A stretch of DNA of 64,000 nt from Octopus vulgaris (lineage: Eukaryota): assembly GCA_951406725.2 (NCBI GenBank), contig OX597821.1:74400001-74464000 (forward strand), given 5' to 3'. How positions within the stretch are numbered: position 1 is the stretch's first letter; each line of letters begins with the position of its first letter. Both the position numbers and the translations under genes were made by a program. Below the pieces are notes generated by a model, which was given only the letters and a program-made list of their open reading frames with translations, made no database searches and was not told where the DNA came from. Shown here piece after piece: positions 27,441 to 40,576 of the stretch.

Positions 27441-27503
27441 CCAATAAAGCCTACTACACATTCCATCTATTTTATTAATACTATCTCTCTCTCTTTATCT
27501 ATG

Positions 27504-27585
<82 letters not shown>

Positions 27586-27587
<2 letters not shown>

Positions 27588-27790
27588 TAATCCAAACAAG
27601 AAAACAAAAACAAAAAAACAACAACGCAAAGACGTGGAACAAATAAAGTATTATTGGACGCTCAGGAAAGAAGGGAAGAAGGAGGGTTTGACGTTTCGAG
27701 CGGAGCTCTTCGTCGGAAACATAGGAGAAGGAAAGATCCCGAGAAGGGAAGACGGGGGAAAAAATCGCTAGTGATACAGTCGAGGTCACA
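27586..27790 (-). mobile_element. Penelope-like pLTR fragment with hammerhead motif at 27686-27720
   Basis: Minus strand reads GTTT-CCGACGA-A-GAGC TCC GCTC-GAAA-C-GTC-AAAC; abuts (TA)n. Confidence 0.75.
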
Positions 27791-27828
27791 TACTAAAAGA
27801 CCATACATATATATATATATGAATTGTG

Positions 27829-27975
27829 AAGAGGCGTGGCCTAGTCGCTGCGGCGTTGCACTTGCAATAGCAAGATTGTGGGTTCGTTTCGTACGAGCTG
27901 CACGTTGTGATTCTTAAGCAAATACTTAATTTCACGTTGCTCTAGTCTACTCGGCTGTAAATGGGTGACCCTGTA
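27829..27975 (+). mobile_element. SINE family D-like head, degenerate
   Basis: GGCGTGGCCTAGT, GGGTTCGTTTC, TTAAGCAAATACTTAATTTCACGTTGCTC. Confidence 0.55.
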
Positions 27976-28992
27976 AAAAATGGTGATGATGTGGTGTTCA
28001 TGCGCTTCACAGTAGACAAAAGAATCTACTGTTATCTAACCCTAAAGCAGATGCTTATTGTCGGAAACAATCAAATCATGACCATCCCATCTTAGTTTTT
28101 ATCATTGTGTTCAGCATGGCGTAGGAGGTGATCAATAATTAGGGCTATATTATATGAATTATCGTTGTTTGAAGACAGCAACGTCGAATGTGAGGGAGAA
28201 AACGGGGATATGTTTTGTAGCAAATCGAACGACTTGATCGACCAGGAACAAAATAAGATTTCTAAATGTTATTGCGAGATTTGGTGGGAGAGACTGGAAA
28301 ACAAGGTTACTGTGAGTATGTGTGTGCAGTGGGGGTATGTATATATATTTCTATCTGGCACACGGAATCCAATTTATCATCTGTTAAATAATCTATCCAG
28401 ATCTTACCATTGACCTGTTTCAGTTAGGGGAAATCGCACGAATGGAACGAAGGAAATAAAAGATGGACAGATGGACAGATGGACAATATGAAGAGTTTCA
28501 ACAGATAGTCAAAATGTAAACACACACACACACACAGACACACACACACAGACAGTATAACTAAAAGCTGTGCACATTGAATTGTACGCTTTAAAAAACA
28601 GAAAAAGTAAAGAAGAGTGACGTCACATTTGAACTCTTTATGAATGTCGACTAAGAAGTAAAATAAAAGAAACGAGAAAAAGAACGATACCTATTTGAAG
28701 CATATTCGCATCCTTCTGCTACGGGGTGTTTGCCTCCGTCCATTTCTTTAGTTTAATTGTTCTAATCATAATCCACCAAATATATTCGTTGCATTTAGTA
28801 TTTTTTATGTAAAATCTTTGTCAGTTGCACAAAATAGGTTTAATTAGACAAGTCTTTATTAGTAGGATTTAATGAAATGAAGTAGGATTTGGCTGTTCTT
28901 TACCTGAAAATAAAGACCAGACTCCCCACCTCTGAAGTGCGTAAATTAACTTTGAGAGATTACTTAATAATCTTCTCTTACTTTTGAGAATT

Positions 28993-29364
28993 GTGGAGGC
29001 ATAATGGCCCAGTGGTCAGGGCAGCGGACTCGCGGTCGTTGGATCGCGGTTTCGATTCCCAGACTGGGCGTTGTGAGTGTTTATTGAGCGAAAACACCTA
29101 AAGCTTCACTAGGATACGGCAGAGGATGGTGGCGAACCCTGCTGTACTCTTTCACCACAACTTTCTCTCACTCTTTCTTCCTGTTTCTGTTGTACCTGTA
29201 TTTCAAAGGGACCAGCTTTGTCACACTCCGTGTCACGCTGAATCTCTCCGAGGACTACTTTAAAGGTACACGTGTCTGTGGAGTGCTCAGCCACTTTCAC
29301 GAGCAGGATGTTCCGTTGAACGGATCAACTGGAACCCTTGTCGTCGTAACCGACGGAGTACCAC
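28993..29364 (+). mobile_element. SINE family C, full length
   Basis: Colinear with 13796-14168. Confidence 0.92.
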
Positions 29365-31046
29365 GATCTTTGAGAATCGTTAACGAGAGATGTTTGGCTT
29401 CTCATACTAAGCGGGGAATGACAATGAATAAAAATATTTTACAGAAATTCACATCAGTGGTTGATTAGTATTATTCTCCTTGGCTTTTTTTTTAATATTT
29501 AAATGACGAAATCATGATTGAAACAGTGGAACGGAAGGAAATTTGCGATATTGTGTGTGGTTAAAAAGAAATAGAAGTAATAACTGAAACCCTGGAATGA
29601 CTGAGGTGTGGAAGAAGAGAAATTTAACGTTTCGGAGGGAAACACTTCATCAGTGTTGTTGTTATTGTTGTTTAACTGTGGATCATCCTCGATTCAGTAG
29701 ATCTACAACTAACCCTGATAACTCCTATAATCTTAGTCATGTTTGCATCGGTCTAAATCTACATTGTCCAAAGTATCGTTGTTTTCGTAAGTTGAGGGAA
29801 ATTTAGCTGCTATTCTAGCGACCACTTTTAGGCTCTTTCTTTGACTTCTTTAATTTGATATTGTGTGTTAGTCTCTTAACACTGGAGGATGAGGTGGAAT
29901 TTTGCTGCTATTTCTAGCAGTCTAAGTGAATGTTTTTACTTCAGGAGTTTTTGTCATTGGTTGGATATAATTCAGATATGAAGTGGTGGGTCACAGAGAA
30001 GCAGTGAACGGAGAGAATCTGGTCGATGTTTCTGCTGTTGATTGTTTGACTGAATCCACGTTTAAACTACCTCCTGGTTACTGGCTGCCTTTTGTGGAGT
30101 CTACTCGGCTGCAATTGGGGCAGGAATCATGGTTTATCTCCAGGAACGATAAGAGAGGTGTTCATTAATTTGGTACATGATTCTGGAGTTAGAAAAGCTG
30201 AGGAGCTAACAATATTTTGAGAGTGTTTTGGGACTCAGTAATTTTGATAACATTAACTGTAACCTGTGTAATTGACCAAATAATGGAAGTTAAAAGGCGA
30301 AAACTTCCGAATTTCAGAATGGAATTTTAAGGGAACACTAAATTACAGTTAATTATTTCCTCTGCTGTTCTACCAAGACAAGATTCTAGTATTGGCACAA
30401 GATCGCAGATTTCTAAGGATGGTACCAATCGACAGAATAAACAACATTTCACTGGTATTTATTATGGATCGTTCTTAAAGGATGAGCCTCAAAGTTGACA
30501 GGATCGCAATTTTAGCGAAGAACTTAAAGCCCCCTAAACCATATAATGTTCATCCGTCGTTGTCAACAATGACCGTGGACATCACGTGACAGATGGAGAT
30601 AGGTCATGTGTGCTTGGCTGTGGCCGATCGGTCCTAGGAGTGTAGTCCGAAGGCTCAGCTGCGGGTCGGAAACTAGTGGTCTGTTGGCAATCAAGGTAAG
30701 GGGTTGGCTCTGGACATGCGCAGTTTATGTTTTTTTTTTTGTGCTCCTGCAATACTGTTCCGTTCGTAAACTATATATAAACACAGGGAATACTGTCTGT
30801 TGGAAGCTCTACCGATTCTGGTGAGCAACTACTCTCAAATTATTTGTGATAAATACTAACTAACAGTAACATGTAGTTCTGGGTTTGTTAATTTTTAAGG
30901 AATAAAATATGGGTCTGTAGCTAGAATGGTAAGAGGTAAAGAACGGTGAGGAAACACCGTTGCATATCACAGAGGCTCTTTAAAGTGGCAAGCTGGCAGA
31001 ACCGTTGGCATGTTGGATAATTCCACCAAAGTTCACTTTGCTTTCC

Positions 31047-31172
31047 AATCACATGGTTCCGGGGTCAGTCTAGTTGCGTGGAACCGCGGGCGAATGTCTT
31101 CTACTATAAATCTGGGCTGACTAAAGCCTCGTAAGAGGATCTGGTAAAAGGAAACTGCAAAAAGTCTGTTTT
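31047..31172 (+). mobile_element. SINE family B 5' half fused behind a family A head fragment (~30986-31046)
   Basis: GGCAAGCTGGCAGAACCGTT...TTTGCTTTCCA followed by CACATGGTTCCGGGGTCAGTC. Confidence 0.6.
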
Positions 31173-31389
31173 ATATATATATATAAGTAAGGGGTCATTG
31201 TAATAGCGGTCATTCTAATAGCTCTTTTGTCTTAATAAGGGTCAATCACACATAAATTTCCCTTTGTTCTAACGGTCATTTTCATAGCATTTTTTCCGAT
31301 GGCCCGATAACTGAAGAGATCCCGGCGTGGGTTTCCGCCCCGACATACGGAACTCGGAGTTATATCATAGCTACCGAATAATTGTCACT

Positions 31390-31436
<47 letters not shown>

Positions 31437-31793
31437 TATATATACGGACACAGCTCGCGTTTTTTTTTTGGGGGGGACCTTTTAGTCCTTTCTGTCGAAG
31501 CGCTTAGATACGAAACGTAAAAGACCTTTTCAAACTTCCTGAGTGTTAAACTAATACACTTGCTTGTTGCTCCGACACCTGTCGTCGTCTTTTGTTTTCT
31601 GTAGGACAGACACCAGAACCCTAACACGTCATCAGTCATCAACCCCAAAATACAAATACCTAGTTTCATGCCTGAAACAAGGTATTTATATTTTGGGTTC
31701 GATTACGTTTTATTGTATTTAATGCCTTTTTCATTTATGGGATAACTGAACACCACTTTTGGTAACAGTAAGTATACATTTATTTGTATATAT

Positions 31794-32616
31794 CAGGGTG
31801 TGGAGAATAAACAGTCATCAAAACTATGCAAAAATGAAAATACCACTGACATCTCTTTTTAACAGGTTATATTTCCCAAGATTACATAAAAATATCTTGA
31901 AATACTAAAGAGGAAATTTATTCAATAAAATCGTGATTGGCTTCATCCACGGCATCCAGACGACTTCGGAATCTCCTGCAACTCTTCTGCACGGTCTCCT
32001 TGTTTAAGTTGGTGAACGCTGCCATAATCCTTGTCTTCAATTCATCTTCAGCGTTACAAGGAGTTTTGTTGGTCTCTCGCTCAACTGCACCCTGCACATA
32101 ATAATCAAGGGGTTTGCAGTCTGAGGATTTAGGTGGCCCGATGTTAGGGGTGATGTGGTCGCAGAAATTGTCTGACATCCATGACTGGGTTCTCCTGCTT
32201 GTGTGGCATGCTGCCAGACGTAGGGTCTTCCAGCAGCCATCCTCTTTACCCAGGGCAGTACTACCTCCTCAAGGCACTTGCTGTAGGCTTCCGTGTTGAG
32301 TGTGAGGCCGCGTGGGAAGTTGAATGGAGGCATAAGGACACCCTCACTAGGGATCACTCCAAACAGCATGATGTTGACTGGATGTTTGATTTTTATCACT
32401 CTCGTTACATGTCCTCAGATTAACACCCAAACACTTCGAAACGTTCGTGCTGGAACTTCCGGTGCGAATGCCAAGTAATACCACAAATCTTTTCCAAATT
32501 TCTGGCAGCGTGAATTGCGTCATGGTGCTGTTTTTGTCACAGACGGTGTCCAACTGACCCTACTATACTGTGTAGTCGACAAATTAAAAAACAAACTATG
32601 CACATGCGCAACCCTG
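31794..32616 (-). mobile_element. Internally deleted Tc1/mariner (maT/DD37D-like) transposon relic
   Basis: Frame-shifted transposase: KHPVNIMLFGVI, LPWVKRMAAGRPYVWQ, PPKSSDCKPLDYYV, CRRFRSRLDAV. CAGGGT termini at both ends. Confidence 0.85.
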
Positions 32617-33693
32617 TATTTATATATATGTATATATAATCATTTATTTGTCCTTATGTATGGATAGTCGTTGAGTAGAAAACTTAGACAACAGCTTGAA
32701 GTACATTGAACGGAAATTGTAACAGAACACGTATACAAAGACTGAGCGTGCACACATGCACAGACAAGACATGCACGCATGCACACACAAGCACATGCAC
32801 GCATGCACACACACACACAGGGACACACACACACAAACACATACACGGCTGCAATCCCAGATATCTGCATTGAACATACACACCCACAGATACATACAAA
32901 TACACCAATTTGATCCCGCCCCCCCCCCCCACACACACTTAGTCCCTTCCCCGAAATTTGAGGCCTTCTGCTTCCAGCAGAAAGGGTTATCATATACGTA
33001 CATGTATGCATGTATGTGTATATATATATTATGTATATTTGTATACACGTATGTATGCTTGTGTCTATGTATGTATGCAAGTATATACGTATACATGCTT
33101 GTATGCACGTGTACCTGCATGTATGCATGTATAGACAGATGGATGGATGTATGGATGTATGCATGTATACGTGCATGTGTTCATACATGAATGCACGTTG
33201 TAAGTTTGCATGCTCACATGTATGTAAGTGCATAGGTATATAAGTAGGAGCGCGGGTGCGTGTGTATATACATATAAGCGGGTGTGTTTATGTATATGAG
33301 AGGAAGCGTGTTTGTACGAGCGGCGCACGTATTTTGAACAGTTGTGTCTGTGTGTCCGTATAGCTGACTGCTTCTCTACACGACAGCAATCCTGCGAGCT
33401 GGCATACAGAAAACCACAGATGCAGTACACACGCACAATCACAGACACACAGACACACACACACACACACACACATTGTTTTGCTACACAGAGTTTCGCC
33501 TACAGGTTACACGGGCCTTCGGGCAATGGCGAAAGTGAGTAGCAAGAGCCGGACACATTCCTAATATTGTTTTTTATTAATTCCGAAAATGATACTGTGG
33601 ACTCTTCGTTTTTTACCAACAGTCAACACCATACATATGTGTGTGTGTGTGTGTGTGCTTGTGCGTGCGTGTGTGTATGTGTGTGCATATACA

Positions 33694-34006
33694 TATCACG
33701 TGATCACGTGACCGACCAGACCATCAGATGTTGTTACACATCGCTGGTCACAATGCGTTCGCATTGTTTTAGCCTTCGAATGACGCCATCCCGCTGGCTA
33801 AGCGAGCAGGCCAACAGAAGAAAGAGTGGGAGAAAGAGTGGTGAAAGAGTACAGCAGGGATCACCCCCCCCCCCCCTGCCGGAGCCTCGTGGAGCTTTTA
33901 AGTGTTTTCGCTAAATAAACACTCACAACGCCCGGTCTGGGAATCGAAACCGCGATCCTGCGACCGCGAGTCTGCTGCCCTAAACACTAGGCCATTGCGC
34001 CTCCAC
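33694..34006 (-). mobile_element. SINE with family C head and body but a different 3' tail
   Basis: Same as family C from the head to CTCTTTCTTC, then an unrelated tail ending GGTCACGTGATCACGTGAT. Confidence 0.8.
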
Positions 34007-34124
34007 GCATATACATATATTGAAGTAAATTTGGTCTATGTTAAAAATGTATATGTATAGGTGTGTGTCTTCTGGATGTTTTGCGTTCTTGTCCCATTTT
34101 GTATTTATATATATATATATATGC

Positions 34125-34187
<63 letters not shown>

Positions 34188-34310
34188 ACTATCGATCGAT
34201 CTACCTATATATAATGTCGATATAAGCATGGTACTCCAGCATGGCCGCAGTCAAACGACTGAAACAAATAAAAGAATAAAAGAAAATACATCTGTGTGTT
34301 TGTATGCATG

Positions 34311-34827
34311 CAATTGTTCAGTTTTATTTCAAGATTTCTTGCCAACAAAGAAAGTGCCGGTTTCTAACCTAGATCCAAGGTTCCTTCATTGGAATTTCAA
34401 CATCAACAACAGGGAATTTTTGTATGTATGTATGTATGTATGTATGTATGTATGTATGTATGTATGTATGTATGTATGTATGTATGGTATGTATGCATGT
34501 ATGTATGTATGTATGCATGAATTTATATATGTATATATGTATGCATGTATGGTATGTATGCATGTATGTATGTATGCATGAATTTATATATGTATATATG
34601 TATGCATGCATGTATGTATGTATGTAGGCATGTATGTATGCATGCATGTATGTATGTATGTGTGTATGTATGTATGTTTGCATGCGTATATGTATGTATG
34701 CATATGGGCAGGTTTGTGTTTTGCTTTATGTAAGTATTCTCATGCATATAGCTACATATCTAGAAATGTTCATATATATTTAAATGATAAACTTCTGGAA
34801 AGTTTTGCAGATGTTTACAGTTCCAGT
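34311..34827 (-). mobile_element. R4/Dong-like element, 3' UTR-only copy
   Basis: Homologous to 46721-47015 (TTTATTTCAAGATTTCTTGCCAA..CCGGTTTCTAACCTAGATCCAAGG) with an expanded internal (TATG)n. Confidence 0.75.
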
Positions 34828-34999
34828 CATGTATGTTTGTATGTATGTATGTATGTATGTATGTATGTATGTATGTATGTATGTATGTATGTATGTATGT
34901 ACGTATGCATGAGTGTGTATGTGAGAACTTTTATATCTATATGTATGAATATTAATACATTTCTTTTATCTCTTACACATTACACCCAGGCGTTAACAC

Positions 35000-35930
35000 C
35001 ATGCTGGAGCACGTCTGTTTAGCGTGATTGGTTTCTTCCCTCTATTGTTTCAGGTGAAATACTGAACTGAACGGGGCTGCTCGTCATGTGATTCCTGCCT
35101 CGATGTCGGTTCATCACATAAAAAAAGAATAATAATAAATGAATGAATAACGAAAATAAAATGGTGTCCAAATGTCGTTTGAAAACCTCAGCTTCTATAA
35201 TTCGCAAATCTCTCAAGTTGAATAGTTGAAAAGTTGAAACCGAAGCTGTTACTAGTCCCTTATTATAGATCAGTTGTTCCCCAACTTTTTCGAGCTGCTT
35301 CCCCCTTGACACCCAGGCCACATTCCTAGTGACCCTGCCCCCAACTAACCATCACAAACGTAGACATCTTTCTGAAGCAAATTCAAAGCAACTGTATTTC
35401 ACAAATAAAACTTAACCTTATGAACTCATTATTTTGTTGTTTTTATATGAATCGCTACCCTATTATCACCCAATTTTTCTTCCCACCCAATTTTTCTTCA
35501 GGGGGGCAATACCGACCACTTTAGGAACCACTGATCTAGATGAAGTCACAAGAAAAAAAACAGGATCACTAGTACCACACAGTGCCGTCCAGGTCGGTGG
35601 TTGGTATAGCACTGAACTCTGAAGTTGGGAGCTAGGCCTTGCGGGACCTTCAATATGTATGTTATTGCATATCTTTCGTGTCTTTTCAAGGAAGCTGAGC
35701 CTCAATTCTTTTAGCCTCTCCCAGTACATCATCTGTTTCAATGTTCTTCGTGTAGTGGCACTGGATTGCCTCGAGCCCCACTGCTAGTCTGACGACGCTC
35801 TGCAATAATTTGGGAGCAATAATCCAAATGACTGAGAACGAAAGTTGTCCATAGAAGTTACACGCTATCCTTTCTTCTGGTTATGATTGATATCAGGAGC
35901 GGTGCCATTTTGCTAATTAATACGCACATG
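35000..35930 (-). pseudogene. Decayed CR1-like LINE ORF2 C-terminal region interrupted by a MITE
   Basis: YWERLKELRLSFLE (35466-35741 ORF) and QLFNLRDLR..EVFKRHLD (35019-35321 ORF). Confidence 0.7.
35271..35533. mobile_element. hAT/Charlie-like MITE
   Basis: TIRs CAGTTGTTCCCCAAC / CTTTAGGAACCACTG; 8-bp flanks TTATAGAT / ATCTAGAT (6/8 match, NTCTAGAN-type target). Confidence 0.75.
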
Positions 35931-36096
35931 AAATGTGCCATCATTACTCATATGGATTCATATACATAAATACATATATACATACATACATACATACATA
36001 CATACATACATACATACATACATACATACATACATACATACATACATACATACATACATACATACATACATACATACATACATACATACATACATT

Positions 36097-36188
<92 letters not shown>

Positions 36189-36301
36189 GGTCGAAACGAT
36201 CGTTGTGATTAATAAAACAATCTCGTGAATTCCATTTTCTGTTTCTGATTCATTTGTTTCATATATATAACCCGGATCTTATCCACTCCATTCCTTAACT
36301 C

Positions 36302-36342
<41 letters not shown>

Positions 36343-36346
36343 CATA

Positions 36347-36686
36347 CACTCTTTTACTCTTTTACTCTTTTACTTGTTTTACTCATTTGACTGTGGCCAT
36401 GCTGGACCACCGCCTTTAGTCGAGCAAATCGACCCCAGCACTTATTCTTTGTAAGCCTAATATTTATACTATCGGTCTCTTTTTGCCGAACCGCTAAGTT
36501 ACAGGGACGTAAACACACTAGCATCGATTGCCAAGCGATGTTAGGGGTAAAAACACAGACACACAAACATATACAAACACACATGCATATATATATATAC
36601 GACGTGCTTTCTGTTTCCGTCTACCAAATCCACTCACAAGGCTTTGGTCGGTCCGAGGCTATAGTAGAAGGCACTTGCCCAAGGTG
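36347..36686 (-). mobile_element. SINE family B, 5'-truncated
   Basis: Reverse complement of the 38965-39380 copy up to CTTGCCCAAGGTG. Confidence 0.9.
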
Positions 36687-36781
36687 ACACACATATGTGT
36701 GCGTGTATGTGTATATGTATATATATACATATATTAACACAAATGCACACACACATGTATATGTATACACATATGTGTGTG

Positions 36782-36812
<31 letters not shown>

Positions 36813-36841
36813 GAATTAGAGATTACACTCCCTAACAATAT

Positions 36842-36907
<66 letters not shown>

Positions 36908-37174
36908 TATTTAACATTGTCTCGAATCAGATCAAAGAGGAAAAGGATCCCATCACCTTTAAAAGGAATCTGGACAAATTTCTTCAAGGAATACCAGGTG
37001 AGCCACCCATACCTGGATACAACTCACTCAACAACAACTCACTACTCGAATGGACCATAATACCACAAAACTTGACTTAAAAAAGGATTTAGCTAATCCT
37101 ATCAGGTGGTGCTATTAAGTTAGACATGGCCTGGGCCAATCATTGGTCGAAACACATCTAAGTTATCTAAGTTA
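36908..37174 (+). mobile_element. CR1-like LINE 3' end (ORF2 C-terminus, 3' UTR, tandem tail)
   Basis: LFNIVSNQIKEEKDPITFKRNLDKFLQGIPGEPPIPGYNSLNNNSLLEW..stop, then an (ATCTAAGTT)2 tail. Confidence 0.8.
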
Positions 37175-37182
37175 CACACACA

Positions 37183-37241
<59 letters not shown>

Positions 37242-37934
37242 GTATAGATACACATACGTGTATACAACACACACATATGTACTATGGTAAAATGAACTGC
37301 AAATATGCATCTATGTCATTTAATATACATTAATATTTATGCTAAGCCAATAACAACGCCGACAACAACACCAACAGCAGCAATAACAACACCAGGAATA
37401 ATTGTATAGCTGTATTCAATAAAACGAACACGAATCCACACGCACACCTCACGGACATCTTTCATAACTTACCTAAATCAAATTGATGGCTTCTTTACAA
37501 TCTTTTTCACCCTCTGTCTGGCTCCGTCTCTCTCCCAGTCTCACTCTCTCTCGATCTCATTCTATTTTTTTTTCCTGTCTGTCTGTCTGTCTGCCTCTCT
37601 CTCTCTCTCTCTCTCTCTCTCATTCTATTCTTCTCTCAGTGTTTCTCTTTCTCCAGAAGTAGACATCGTTCACTAAAATTTGTCAGACATACGCATGTCT
37701 TTTTAAAGTGGAAGGGTTTGTGTTTTACGGTCAATTATCTCTCGACCTCCAGTAGTACAGCTGGTAATAATATCAGTTCATACTTCCTCTCCACCACGCC
37801 GACATACACACAGACTTCCATAAGTGATGGTGACGGTGGTGACGCTCATACTCAGTGTAAGGACAAACAAATATAGAACTCCGAAAATTTTAAAATGAAA
37901 CATTGTTGCTATTGTTTTAATAATAATAATTGCC

Positions 37935-38050
37935 CTATCTACCGAAAGTACAAGTTTAAGGGGGAGGGGACTAGTCGATAGCATCGACCTCAGTGTTTCA
38001 CTGGCACTTGATTTATCGACCCCGAAAAGATGAAAGGCAAATTCGATCTC

Positions 38051-38106
<56 letters not shown>

Positions 38107-38275
38107 TAATAATAATCCTTTTTTCTATAGGCACAAGGCCTGAAATTTTGAGGAAGGAGACCAGTCGATTACATTGACCCCAGTGGACAACTGGTACTTA
38201 ATTTATCGACCCCGAAAAGATAAAAGACAACGTCGAACTCGACGGAATTTGAACTCAGAATGTCTCGGCAGACGA

Positions 38276-38277
<2 letters not shown>
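37935..38277 (-). mobile_element. Two family A SINE fragments separated and flanked by (AAT)n
   Basis: ATCGACCCCGAAAAGATGAAAGGCAAA at ~38015 and ~38205; TAGGCACAAGGCCTGAAATTTT tail. Confidence 0.8.
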
Positions 38278-38349
<72 letters not shown>

Positions 38350-38909
38350 TAATAATAATGACGATAATAATAATAATAACAATAATGATAATGATGATGA
38401 TAATAATAATAATAAAAACAACAACAACAACAACAATAATAACAAAGGCAGTGCAATAACAACTGTGATGGTGATGATAATAGTTTTATCCCAAATGCAG
38501 AAATGTTGGCGTGGGATTCCTTTTAATCGACCCCAGAATTAATGGCCTGGTGCATAATTTTATATCAGCCCCCCCCCCCCCCACACACACACACATACAC
38601 GAGGGACAAAATACAACCGAGACTGTAAAATGGAGGTAACTAAATATACAGCAAGTGTTTATTCCGGCACAAATGACGAAATGCAGACAGGAGGGAACCT
38701 TAGAGCAGGTTTTGTTAGGACAGCAACTCTTTGATGAGAGGTCGAATTGTTCAGGAGTCCTCTTTGGTTTTGCTGTTGTGGTGCTATTTAAAGGCGGGTA
38801 AAGTTTGATTTGAATTCCAAGGATCCTGGGAATAAGGTTTCATACAACTTGGGCGTGCAAACGCCCCAGGTAGAGACGCATTACGGTAAAGTATCATAAA
38901 AGTTTGCAG

Positions 38910-38964
<55 letters not shown>

Positions 38965-38965
<1 letters not shown>

Positions 38966-39380
38966 GCGTAGGAGTGGTTGTGTGGTAAGTAACTTGCTAA
39001 CCAGCCACATGGTTCCGGGTTCAGTCCTACTGCGTAGCAACTTGGGCAAGTGTCTTCTGCTATAGCCCCGGGCCGACCAATACCTTGTGAGTGGATTTGG
39101 TAGACGGAAACTGAAAGAAGCCTGTCGTATATATGTGTATATATATAAGTGTGTGTGTATATGTTTGTGTATCTGTGTTTGTACCCCTAGCATTGCTTGA
39201 CAACCGATGCAGGTGTGTTTACGTCCCCGTCACTTAGCGGTTCGGCAAAAGAGACCGATAGAATAAGTACTGGGCTTACAAAGAATAAGTCCCGGGGTCG
39301 ATTTGCTCGACTAAAGGCGGTGCTCCAGCATGGCCGCAGTCAAATGACTGAAACAAGTAAAAGAGTAAAAGAGTAAAAGA
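38965..39380 (+). mobile_element. SINE family B, full length, embedded in (TA)n
   Basis: Complete head to (GTAAAAGA)n tail, with (TA)n on both sides. Confidence 0.93.
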
Positions 39381-39442
39381 TATATATATATATATTAATG
39401 TAAACCTACTTTTGTGCCACCCTATATATATATATATATATG

Positions 39443-39644
39443 CAGGCTGGTCCAAAAGTAGGTTTACAGTTATTCAACTATCTCTTTTGCATTCATATAT
39501 TAACAGTTTAGATCTTAATTATAGAAAAATATGAAACCATTATAGTAAAATGTAAGATAAAAATTTAATTAAGAAATGTAATAAAATATTTTAAAAGAAA
39601 TTTAAAGTACCTACATGATAATTGTAAACCTACTTTTGGGCAGC
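39443..39644. mobile_element. Tc1/mariner-like MITE, plus a solo TIR at ~39398-39423
   Basis: CAGGCTGGTCCAAAAGTAGGTTTACA / TGTAAACCTACTTTTGGGCAGC inverted ends. Confidence 0.75.
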
Positions 39645-39774
39645 AAAAATATCACTAATAGTACCAACTTTAGTCGATATTTTTGCTGCTTTTTAATAAA
39701 GCAGATTACTCTACCTCTGGTATTCGAGTACTATTTTTTCCACCTTGTTTCGCATTTATGTACTTACTCCGGTA
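39640..39774 (+). mobile_element. Penelope-like pLTR 3' fragment
   Basis: Homologous to 25919-26057. Confidence 0.65.
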
Positions 39775-40024
39775 TATTGGATGCGTAGATAATTGCAACG
39801 AGGATAACGCAAATGTATAAGTATAGAATATAGGTTTATGAATGTGTGTTTATATAGACAGAACTGTCTTTACAGAGTTTTTCTTTTTTAGAATATTTCT
39901 ATACATATTTATATATAATTACATAATTACGCATACGCATATAAGATTATGGAAATAAACCAATGAGTATAAACATGCGTACACACATACATTCATGCAC
40001 ACTCACCCACTCACACACGCACAT

Positions 40025-40212
40025 TAGTTTCGAAATTTGGTACAAGGACAGTAATTTGGTGGGAGAGGCAAGTCAATTGCTTCAACCCCCAATATTCGAC
40101 TGGTACTTTTTTTTTACTAACTCGGACGAATCTGAACCCAGAACATTTAGACGGACGAGATGCCACACAGCATTTTGCCCGGCGCGCTAACGACTCAGCT
40201 AGTTCGCTGCCT
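40025..40212 (-). mobile_element. SINE family A, degenerate
   Basis: GCATTTTGCCCGGCGCGCTAACGACTCAGCTAGTTCGCTGCC matches the head at 530-571. Confidence 0.7.
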
Positions 40213-40221
40213 TCACACACG

Positions 40222-40258
<37 letters not shown>

Positions 40259-40379
40259 GCACACACTCACTCACACACACACAGACACACACACACACAC
40301 ACACACACAAACGTATTAAAGGTAAACAAATATTTTAAAACTTTATATGAAAGAATATATGAACTTGAACGAAAAGAAA

Positions 40380-40520
40380 GCAAGAAAAAGAAGAAGTGGA
40401 AGAAGAAGAAAAAGAAGTGGAAGAAGAAGAAGAAGAAAAAGAAGAAGAAGAAGAAGAAGAAGAAGAAGAAGAAGAAGAAGAAGAAGAAGAAGAAGAAGAA
40501 GAAGAAGAAGAAGAAGAAGA
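40380..40520. repeat. (GAA)n microsatellite
   Basis: Direct. Confidence 0.95.
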
Positions 40521-40576
40521 ATCTCAATGTGCCAATGGCTCATTCTGTTTGTAAAAATACATCTCATAAACTGTTT

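Noticed and set aside
38761-38810. TCTTTGGTT, matching the miR-9 5' end
   Set aside because: The rest of the mature sequence differs and there is no complementary star arm.
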